A stretch of DNA of 63,670 nucleotides, the filler included, from Chiloscyllium plagiosum (Eukaryota): NCBI RefSeq assembly GCF_004010195.1. It is 4 parts of 2 records of this genome, joined end to end, with 100 filler letters (N's around TTAATTAATTAA, not from the genome) between each part and the next. Parts side by side here need not be neighbours in the genome. Positions count along the whole stretch, not along the records: positions 1 to 27,189 come from NC_057713.1; positions 27,290 to 45,260 come from NC_057713.1; 2 more parts are not named here. One strand, given 5' to 3'. Each line of letters starts with the position of its first letter. Position 1 is the first letter of the stretch. Shown piece after piece: positions 25,782-35,900 of this stretch. A program made the position numbers and the translations under genes. The notes beneath the pieces were generated by a model. It made no database searches, had not been told where the DNA came from, and saw only the letters and a program-made list of their open reading frames with translations.

Positions 25782-26090
25782 ATATAGGAGCAAAATTAGG
25801 CCATTCGGTCCATCACATCTGCTCTGTATTCGATCATGGCTGAAATGTTTCTCAACCTCATTCTCCTGCCTTCTCCCCATAAACCTTGACTCCTTTACTA
25901 ATCATGAACCTATTTGTCTCTGTCTTAAATACTCCCAATGACTTGGCCTCCATAGCCCTCTGCAGCAATGAGTTCCACAGATTTACCACCCTCTGGCTAA
26001 AGGAATTCCCCCTCATCTCAGAGCTAAAAGGTCATCCTTTCATTCTGAGGCCATGCCCTTGGGTCCTAGTCTCTCCCACAATCATCTTTC
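25776..26090 (-). mobile_element. CR1 3' fragment, tail-to-tail with the previous copy
   Basis: ataggagcaaaattaggccattcgg is a reversed tail; same subfamily as 6117-6575. Confidence 0.85.
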
Positions 26091-26256
26091 CCAAGTGGGT
26101 GGATTATAATAAAATGTAAAAACAGCAGGGTTGTACTGGTGGGTGATTTTAATTTCCCCTTTATTGACCTTGACTTGCTTAGTGCCAGGGGCTTGGATGG
26201 GAGAAATTTGTTTGGTGTATCCAGAATGGCTTTTTGAAACAAATTGAAATAATCCA

Positions 26257-27098
26257 ACTGTGTGGAAAGTGTGTGCACATTCAGCTACTGACAGAGCATA
26301 TTGCAGCGCTGATGAAAGAACTCGAGGACCTTAGGCTCATTCGAGAGAACGAGATCTTTCTGGACAAGACCTTCAGCGAGGTTATTACAACAATCGTACC
26401 AGAAGAGAGCAGACAATGAGGAAGGCAGAGAGGAGACAGGTGCAAGAGACCCTGGGGGAAGTACCTGTCAGGAACACGTTGAAGCTTTTGGAAACAGTAG
26501 AGACAGATGACACTGCCAGTCCGCGAGGCGGTTAGGTCTGTCAATCAAAAGTTGGCGTGGAGACAGAGCGGAAGAGTCGGACATCGCACAGAGCCGTGGT
26601 AATAGGGGACTCCATCGTGAGAGGAACTGACCGGGGTTTTTGTGGCAGCAGACAGGATTTAAGGATGGTGTGTTGCCTTCCTGGTGCCAGGGTGAAAGAC
26701 ATCGTGGAGAGAGTGCAGGAAATCCTCAAGACGAGGGTGAAGAGCCAGAGGTGGTGGTACAAGTCGGCACAAATGATGTCGGGAAAAAGAGGAGGAACAT
26801 ACTACAGCGGGACTTCGGAGAACTAGGAAGAGGGCTGAAAAGCAGGACGTCCAAGGTGGTTATCTCCGGTTTGCTTCCAGTTCCTCGGGCTGGTGTGGCC
26901 AGAAACAGGGAGATAATGGACTTGAACGTGTGGTTGGGGAGCTGGTGCAGGAAGCAAGGATTGAAGTTCTTGGATCACTGGGGTATATTTTGTGGTAAGC
27001 AAAAATTCTACAAGAGAGACGGTTTGCACCTTAATAGGTTAGGGACCAGCATTCTGGCAGGCAGGTTTTCTACTGCAGCACCGCTACATTTAAACTAA
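26257..27098 (+). pseudogene. CR1 ORF1: CxxC/coiled-coil plus SGNH (GDSL-type) esterase domain, frameshifted
   Basis: CGKC..LMKELEDLRLIRE, VIGDSIVRG, VCCLPGA, VGTND and DGLHLN blocks. Confidence 0.9.
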
Positions 27099-27189
27099 GT
27101 AGCGGGGGGGAGGGGACAAACTGGATGTTTAAAAAGGAAATTGAAGGGAAAGTTAGAACAAGAGAAGTCAAGAAAGACAACTATATCAA

Positions 27190-27289
27190 NNNNNNNNNNN
27201 NNNNNNNNNNNNNNNNNNNNNNNNNNNNNNNNNTTAATTAATTAANNNNNNNNNNNNNNNNNNNNNNNNNNNNNNNNNNNNNNNNNNNN
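27190..27289. other. Assembly gap (100 nt: Ns with a central TTAATTAATTAA)
   Basis: The identical construct recurs at 45261-45360 and 57267-57366. Confidence 0.95.
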
Positions 27290-28556
27290 ATTAGCAAGGT
27301 TAGATTTCATGGAATACAGGGAGAACTAGCCATTTGGACACAGAACTGGCTCAAAGGTAGAAGACAGTGGGTGGTGGTGGAGGGTTGTTTTTCAGACTGG
27401 AGGCCTGTGACCAGTGGAGTGCCACAAGGAAAGGTGCTGAGTCCTCTACTTTTTGTCATTTATATAAATGATTTGGATGCGAGCATAAGAGGTGTAGTGG
27501 ACAGCGAAGAGGGTTACCTCAGATTACAACAGGATCTGGACCAGATGGGCCAATGGGCTGAGAAGTGGCAGATGGAGTTTAATTCAGATAAATGCGAGGT
27601 GCTGCATTTTGGGAAAGCAAATCTTAGCAGGACTTATACACTTAATGGTAAGGTCCTAGGGAGTGTTGCTGAACAAAGAGCCCTTGGAGTACAGGTTCAT
27701 AGATCCTTGAAAGTAGAGTTGCAGGTAGATAGGATAGTGAAGAAGGCGTTTGGTATGCTTTCCTTTATTGGTCAGAGCATTGAGTACAGGAGTTGGGAGG
27801 CCATGTTGCAGCTGTACAGAATATTGGTGGAATATTGCATGCAGTTCTGGTCTCCTTCCTATCGGAAAGGGTTCAGAAAAGATTTCCAAGGATGTTGCCA
27901 GGGTTGGAGGATCTGAGCTACAGGGAGAGGCTGAACAGGCTGGGCTGTTTTCCCTGGACCATCGGAGGCTGAGGGGTGACCTTATAGAGGTTTACAAAAT
28001 TATGAGGGGCATGGATAGGATAAATAGACAAAGTCTTTTCCCTGGGGTCAGGGAGTCCAGAACTAGAGAGCACAGGTTTAGGGTGAGGGGGAAAGATATA
28101 AAAGAGACCTGAGGGACAACGTTTTTACCCAGTGGGTGGTACGTGTATGGAATAAGCTGCCAGAGGATGTGGTGGAGGCTGGTACAATTGCAACATTTAA
28201 GAGGCATTTGGAAGGGTATATGAATAGGAAGGGTTTGGAGGGATATGGGCCGGGTGCTGGCAGGTGGGACTAGATTGATTTGGGATATCTGGTCAGCATG
28301 GACGAGTTGGACCGAAGGGTCTGATTCCATGCTGTACATCTCTATGACTCTGAAAGAAACAAATTGGTTGTCCTTTTAAACCTGGAGATCTGTGCCAACA
28401 GTATTCCTACAAGAATCGGTACTGGGTCCACTTTTGTTTGTCATTTATACAAATAATTTCCGAGGCATGGTTAGTAAGTTTGTGGATGACACCAAAATTG
28501 ACGATACAATTGACAGTGAAGATTACAAAAAGATCATGGCCAGTTGGCTCAGTGTT

Positions 28557-30560
28557 GAAGAGTGTGGTCCTGGAAATGTGCAGCTGGTCAGGCAACACGC
28601 GAGGAGCAGGAGAGTCGATGTTTCGAGCATAATCTCTTCATCAAGAATGAGGAGGCTGAGAGATAAATGGGAGGGGGTTGGTGCTGGGGGTAAGGTAGCT
28701 GCAAATGTGATATGTCGATGAAGAAAACCTGGCTGCCCCAGGCAACCCATCGTCTCAGCCTGCTCCTGCACCACCGAACTTATCTCTGCACATGTTGACA
28801 CTGTCCTGTCCCCCTTGGTCCAGGAACTCCCCACACACATTCTGGACACCACCCACGCCCTCCACCTCCTCCAAGATCTCCATTTCCCTGGCCCCCAGTG
28901 CCTCATCTTCACTATGGACATCCAAACCCTCTACACCTCCATCCGCCATGACCTCCAAGCCCTCCGTTTCTTCCTCTCCCGACATCCCCAGCATTACCCT
29001 TCCACCGACACATTCATTCATTTGGCCAAACTGGTCCTCACCCGTAACAATTTCTTCTTCGAATCCTCCCACTTCCTCCAGATTAAAGGGTAGCCATGGG
29101 CACCCGCATGGGCCCCAGCTATGCCTGTCTCTTCGTCAGGTACATGGAACAGTCTATCTTCCGGAGTTACACCGGCACCACTCCCCACCTCTTTCTCCAC
29201 TACATCTATGACTGTACTGCTGCCACCTCATGCTCCTATGAGGACATTGAACAGTTCATCAACTATACAAACACCTTCCACCTCATTCTCCAGTTCACCT
29301 GGACCATCTCGGACACCTCCCTCCCTTTCCTGGACCTCTCCATCTCCATCAATGGTGATTGACTCAATACTGGCATCCCACAGCTACCTGGACCACACCT
29401 CCTCCCAGCCTGCCTCCTGTAAAAATGCTTTCCCCTATTCCCAATTCCTCCGCCTCCGCGGCATCTGCTTCCAGGAGGACCAATTCCACCATAGAACATC
29501 CCAGATGGCCTCCTTTCAAGACTGCAATTTCCCCTCCCATGTAGTCGACAATGCCCTCCAACACATTTCCTCAACTTTCTGCACCTCAAACTCCACCCCT
29601 CCAATCACAATAAGGACAGAACCCCCCGATCCTCACCTTCTACCATGCCAACCTCTAGATACAACACATCCTCCTCCGCCATTTCCACCACCTACAAACA
29701 GACCCAAACACCAGGGATGTATTTCCCTCTCCACACCAATCTGCATTCCATTGAGATCATTCCCTCCGTGACTCCCTTGTCCTCCATCAACCCACCTTCC
29801 ATCCCTGGTACCACCCTCTGCTACTGCAAGAAGTGCAAAATCTATGCCCACAGCACCCCCTCACCTCTGTCCAAGGCCCCAAAGGATCTTTCCACATCCG
29901 ACAGAGATTTACCTGTACTTCCACACACATCATTGACTGTGTCCGTAGCTCTCAATGTGGTCTCCTCTATATTGGGGAGAGAGGACACCAACTTGCAAAA
30001 CGTTTCGGAGAACATCACTGAGACACATGCACAAAACAACCCCACCACCCTGTGGCTGAACATTTTAACTCCCCCTCTCACTCTGTCAAAGATATGCAAG
30101 TCCTGGGCCTCCTCCACTGTCACTCTAATGACCAAATGCCTGGAGGTGAATGCCTCATCTTCTGCCTTGGGATCCTCCAACCATACAGGATTAATCTGGA
30201 TTTCACCAGTTTCCTCATTTCCTCTCCCCCCACCTTATCCCAGAGCAAACCCACCAACTCGGCACCGCCCTCTTGAACCTTCTCACCTATCCGCTCCACC
30301 CTCCTCTCTGACCTATCAGCTACTCCCTCACCTTCATCTACCTATTGCATTCCCAGCTACCTTCCCCCCAGCCCCACCTCCCTCCCATTTTTCTCTCAGC
30401 CCCCTTGTGCCATACCACCCCACCCCCCAACATTCCTGAAGAAGAGCTTATGCTTGAAACGTCGACTCTCCTGCTCCTCGGATGCTGCCTGACCGACTGT
30501 GCTTTTCCAGCACCACTCACTCGACTCTGATCTCCAGCATCTGCAGTCCTCACTTTCTTC
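28557..30560 (+). mobile_element. 5'-truncated Penelope-like element: inverted 5' terminal repeat, decayed RT + GIY-YIG endonuclease, 3' terminal repeat with hammerhead motif
   Basis: FTMDIQTLYTSI, MGTRMGPSYACLF, LPFLDLSI and CGLLYIGE..RFGEH. 28557-28720 is the reverse complement of ~30340-30520. ctgaagaagagcttatgcttgaaacgtcga at 30436-30465. Confidence 0.92.
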
Positions 30561-31293
30561 CAACTGGCCCAATGGACTGAAGAGTGGCAAACTGATTTGG
30601 ATAAATGCAAGGTGTTGCATTTTGGTAAAGCAAACAAGGGCAGGAGTTATACAATTAGTGGTAGGGCCCTGGGTAGTGCTGTAGAACAGAGAGATGTAGG
30701 AGTTCAGATACTTAATTCTTTGAAATTTGCATCACAGGTAGACAGGGTATTTAAGAAGGCATTTAGTACACTTACCTTCATTGCTCAGACCTTTGAGTGT
30801 CGGAATTGGGACGTCATGTTGAGGCTGTACAGGACGTTGGTGAGGCCTCTTCTGGAGTACTGTGACCAGTTCTGGTTGCCCTGCTAAAGGAGGGATATTA
30901 TTAAGCTGAAGAAGGTTTGGAATTTGCTGGGAATGAAGGATTTGAGATATAAAAATGGACTGGAAAGGTGGGGACATTTTTCCCTGTAGCATAGGAGGTT
31001 GAGGGGTGACCTTGTTGAGGTTTATAAAATCATGAGGGGCATGGATAGGTTGGGGGAGAGGGAGTTCAAAGCTAGAAGCATATTTTTGAGGTCAAAAGAA
31101 TATTTTAGAAGGACATGAGGGGCAATGTTTTTACACAGAGAGTGGTTCATGTGTGGAATGAGCTGCCAGAGGAAGTGGTGGATGTAGGTACAGTTACAAC
31201 ATTTAAAAGACATTTGGATAAGTACATGAATAGGAAAGGTTGGAGGGATATGGGTCAAACGCAGCAGGTGGGACTAGTTTAGTTTGGGAACAT

Positions 31294-31599
31294 TTAGATT
31301 TAGATTAGATTACAGTGTGGAAACAGGCCCTTCGGCCCAACAAGTCCACACCGACCCGCCGAAGCGAAATCCACCCATACCCCTACATTTACCCCTTATC
31401 TAACACTACAGGCAATTTAGTATGGCCAATTCACCTGACACTGCACATCTTTGGATGGTGGGAGGAAACCGGAGCACCCGGAGGAAACCCACGCAGACAC
31501 GGGGACAACGTGCAAACTCCACACAGTCAGTCGCCTGAGGCGGGAATTGAACCCGGGTCTCTGACGCTGTGAGGCAGCAGTGCTAACCACTGTGCCACC
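31294..31599 (-). mobile_element. HE1 V-SINE
   Basis: Head, V-domain and (ctaat)n tail on the minus strand. Confidence 0.93.
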
Positions 31600-32823
31600 C
31601 ACATGGTGAGCATTGGACCAAAGGGTCTGTTTCCATGCTTTATTACTCTATGACATGAGAAAATGTGGGAGATGGAGAGGTGCAGGGATGGAGTAACTTA
31701 AAGTTTACTTCTATTGTTTCTTTTTCCCATTTCTGCGAGCCTGACACTAAGGAGACTATTGTGGAGTTTTACATTTTTATTTTAGTGAAGCACTGAATGT
31801 CCACCTCTTTGCGTAAACGTGTTTTATTTTATGCAAGATCCAAAAGTTTACATTTTGCAAATGCTCAAAGAGAAATTAAATTGAGACTATCTCTTCGGTC
31901 CTTTGACCTCCTCTAAGTCAATTCACTGCATTTCTGTTTCAAACATCAGCAAGAACAAAATGAGACAGTGATCATCAGCCAATGGAGGGCCACATTTTCA
32001 AGATGAAACCACTGCCGTTTTTATTTCGTTTCCTTCAGAGCTGCTTCATTAGTGAAATTGCTCCATCGCAGGTTGTTGGGTTGTCCGGGGTTAGAGGGCA
32101 GCTAGTTGACTGTCAGAGGAAATTGTGCAACCCCCAGTTTCTAACACTGCTAACTGCACACAAGCAACTTGTAAATCTCACTGATGCAACATGTCAATGC
32201 TGTAGAAAGCACATTTCTATTTTAAGTTTTTCAAGTGCAATCTGAAATGTCCTTGTTCTGCATGCACTCTGAGTAGTTTTCCTTCTCAATCCAATGAATA
32301 ACATTATTCTGAAGGATTAAATAAATCTGGTTGAAGATGAGCAGTTTGTGAGCAACATACTGATAAAATATTTGATTCCTTTTAGAAAATGCTGTGGTTA
32401 TAATTCTGGTAGAGTCCACAGAACCTGCTTTGTGGTGAACCTGCTTGTCTGCAGACAGAAGAAGGAGCTCTGTTCCTCTTTAGTGTTGCTGCCCTGGGCA
32501 GCCTCTGTGAACATTAATGTGGACCAATTTGTCAACACAACTCCTCACAATGAACTGCAGTTTATCGGCAGGTGCTCAGGAAGCTGAGAAAAACCCAGTG
32601 AAAAAGACTCAATAAAAGTGAGTGATGGCCATGCTGAGGTGATGGTCCTGCCTAATTTCCTGTAATTAACTTAAACATTCAGCAAAACTTAATTTAAAGT
32701 ATGTTTGTCGCTGGGATTTGAGATTTTTTTCTTTCTCGGATTTATTGCACATAAAGGCATGGGCGGAGTTATTACACTGTTTCACATTCAGTCTGGGACA
32801 TCCACTCCAGTTATGCCCCTTAC

Positions 32824-32848
32824 CTTGAATTTGCTGTTCACTGGTTCC
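32824..32848 (-). CDS. Candidate 25-nt micro-exon (GTSEQQIQ + 1 nt, phase 0 to 1) of an unidentified gene
   Basis: tgatctttcag|GGAACCAGTGAACAGCAAATTCAAG|gtaagg; in frame with the exon at 32964-32998 across a 115-nt intron. Confidence 0.45.
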
Positions 32849-32963
32849 CTGAAAGATCAAGTACAAACATAAACCATCTATTTGTACATCTCGGTCTCTG
32901 CACAGACCTGAGATTATAAATTTAATCTTCAAGGATGACATTGGTTTAAATGAGCGCACTCAC

Positions 32964-32998
32964 GCTGTCGCTGTCCATTCTCTGTTCCCCTTGAGCGC
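32964..32998 (-). CDS. Candidate 35-nt exon with start codon (ATG at 32978; MDSDS)
   Basis: ttattcag|GCGCTCAAGGGGAACAGAGA ATG GAC AGC GAC AGC|gtgagt; Kozak A at -3 and G at +4. Confidence 0.45.
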
Positions 32999-35900
32999 CT
33001 GAATAATTACTCCATGGTAATACAATCACATTAACAAATGCATAGAACCTTCTTGCAAGGAGTAATGTGTGTACAATGGAACAATGTGCTGGGTCGAGCA
33101 TGGTTCGGGCAATTGTGCAATGTACTTTTTTTTTAACAAAACATCCCAAACTCTAAATATTGTACGGTTTATGGTCTTTGGAATCGATTAACGCTGTAAT
33201 CGGAATAGGGTGGCAGGACTAGGGATTTGATTTTCTAAGCAGCTCAGCAGAGCGACATGAGCTTTTGAAAATTAAAATTCGAATGTTTGTTACTCCTACA
33301 GTACAACACAATGAATATATAATTTTGTGAAGTCATATATATATATATATTCTCACATAACGGCAAACTTGTGAAATCCTGACAGGTCTTTCAATTGCCA
33401 ATGGTGATCTGCTGACTAAATCACAATTCTCCACCCTCCTTATCCAAGAATGCCTTGAATTCGGATTAAACAGCTCTGGGGACCGTAAACAATCAGCGGG
33501 ATTCTTTCTCTGTAAATCAGCCTGTAGGAGTAATCCGTTAGAAGGCTAAAGTCTGATTTGACACAAATTTAAGGGGAAAAAAAAAACTTCGGTTGTTTTC
33601 CATCTCAAGGATCTCCATGAAATATTTAGGCTGAATTTAAACATGGGATTGTCCAAGAAAAAAATGATTAATATTGGGATAAGAGACCTTAATTCAACAA
33701 AATCAAACAGGATACGAATGTCGGGGGCGGGGGGGGAGATGTTGCACTTTCTAGGAAATGCTGTGAATTAACAGTAAATATTTTAAAACAGACAGCAGCT
33801 TGCTTGAGTTTTACCAGATGCAAAAGTGCAGAGGAAATACTTGGGGTCAATGAATATCAAACACTGTTCAGGTAGCTCTATATTGTTGTGTTTTCCCCTG
33901 TGACAGCGATCATTTTTAGGATTTATTTCAAGTCATTGTGTACGAAACATCGGTCAGGGGAAGGGAGGGGGCGGGCTGGTGTGATGTAGCATAAAACTTA
34001 CTATTTGATTTTTAAACCAGACGGTATGTCTGTGTCAGCCTGCGCTGCATGTGACACGGTGGTGGGACAGGAGAGTCAACAGGACTGCAAAATTAGAGGC
34101 AGAGAAATCCACAATCTCTTGCGCGTTTGCATCAGGAATATTTGCTGCAGAGGGTCATGGTAATGCAGAGAGCTGTTCCTCTGAAACCCGGGGGGTGGGT
34201 GGGGGGTGGTGGTGGACAACAGCTGTTTCTCAGTTCCATTATTATCCCTGGCTGCTTTGGCTGAAGCTGATTTTGATGAAAGTCAAATATTACATTGCTG
34301 ACGATTATGTGATGACAGGAATTTACCTACTAAATTAATCCTGTGGGCTGTTGATTTTTCATTAATTTCTCTCCGGCCATGCGTCAGGGCTGTACAGCAT
34401 TAATCTGTTGGGGCTGTGCCAGCTATCTGAGGGATGGTCCCCTGATCCGCCAACGAGGAAATAAAAAGGCACAGGATTGCTGTTAGCCTGCATTGGAGGA
34501 ATTCGAGTTATTGCCGAGCATGTGTAACTCTTAATTGCACAGCCCTGGTTTAATATATTGATGTGTTCGACTCTGGATTTAAAGGCTGATTGTGTGCACT
34601 CATCCCCCGATTTCACTAATTTAGAACTGGGATGACATTATTACATATTAAAGACGGCCCTCAGTTTCCTTGGAGAACGCTGCAAGTGAGGCCTCTGATT
34701 TCCATCCATTAATTTTATACGATACCAGAGAGGTGCAATGTTCCCAGTGACTTCTCAATGGGAGTTCTATCAGTTCAGGGAGGAGCTGTGAGGCTAAACT
34801 GTTTTTACAATGCTCCCTCCCCCCTCAACCCTGTTTCAAAAAAAAATCCAGTTGATAAACCTTAATGCATCTAAATGATAATCTTAAAATAAAATCGTTG
34901 TATGTCTGGTTTGTAAATCAGACCATTTATATGACCAAGCCTGGGCACTGTAGCTGTCTTAACACACACTTCAAACACAAACAGCCTATGGATGGTGTGT
35001 TACAGTCTATTTCAGAAGGATGTCAGCACTAGTCTGACTCTATAATTTCCAGTAAACTGCTGTTTGGTAATGATAACACAGGAACTGTGTGTAGAGGGAG
35101 AGAACGTTTCATTTTTTTTTACAGTTATATTGGCGAACTTTAAAAATCAGTTTTAACAAAGATATCTTGTACTCACACCATCTAAGTGTTAAGTAAAATG
35201 AAAAATTATAGTGTTTTTCTGTTTTGTTTTAAGAGAGATTCAGAAATGCTACCAACATGTTCCGGAGTTGCCTTTATTAATGAAACCGTCATTGTAAATT
35301 GATTCCTTATTATGCAAAATACTGAGGTAACATTTGTAGGCTTTGTGCCAAATGCATGGATCATTGTCAATCTTTGCTAGTCAGATTCAGATCGTGTAAA
35401 CGTGATGAAAGTGGGATAAATATTTCTGAATGGAATTGTTTTCTGACTTTCTAGATTCATAAACGCCACCTCAATCATTTTAAAAGTCAAAGTTGGTGCA
35501 AGTAAATTTGAAAAAAAGAATATTGCAGACTAAAGGCATACCTTGCAATGGAAATAAAAGCTCTTCAGAAGTTGTGACTTTTAATACATGTGTACATTTC
35601 CCATCCATGAGGGAAACAAAGAATTTGAAAGATAGGAAGAAGGTTTATCTGCACTTGGCTTGGTATTCTTATACAGCATTAATCTAATTACGTGAGGGCT
35701 GTTCAGGTTCATTTTTCGGCAGCGTCTCTTATTCTATTATATTCTTCCTGCATCTCTTTTCTATGTTACATACATTAACCCCCATTTCCCTTGTGTTGTG
35801 CCCAAGGTAACAAACTCTGATCTTCATCCTGAGTAATCTTAAGAACCCCGAACTTGCTCAGACTTGAACCACGGTACAGTCTGTTAGCCTATTTTAGTCT

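Larger units (their letters stand above)
26247..28355 (+). mobile_element. Younger HER1/CR1 spanning ORF1, an assembly gap and the ORF2 3' end; 11-bp TSD
   Basis: gaaacaaattg at 26236-26246 and 28356-28366; tail tctatgactctg. Confidence 0.85.
26095..31635 (+). mobile_element. Older CR1 split by three later insertions (pieces ~26095-26246, 28367-28556, 30561-31292, 31600-31635)
   Basis: Collinear EN motif VGDFNFP, then SVLGPLLFVIY..KFVDDTK, then DKCKVLHFG..VRPLLEYC, then tail. Confidence 0.8.

Noticed and set aside
27190..27289. TTAATTAATTAA palindrome centred in Ns, repeated at 45261-45360 and 57267-57366
   Set aside because: Identical 100-nt construct with stops in all six frames: a scaffolding spacer, not biology.
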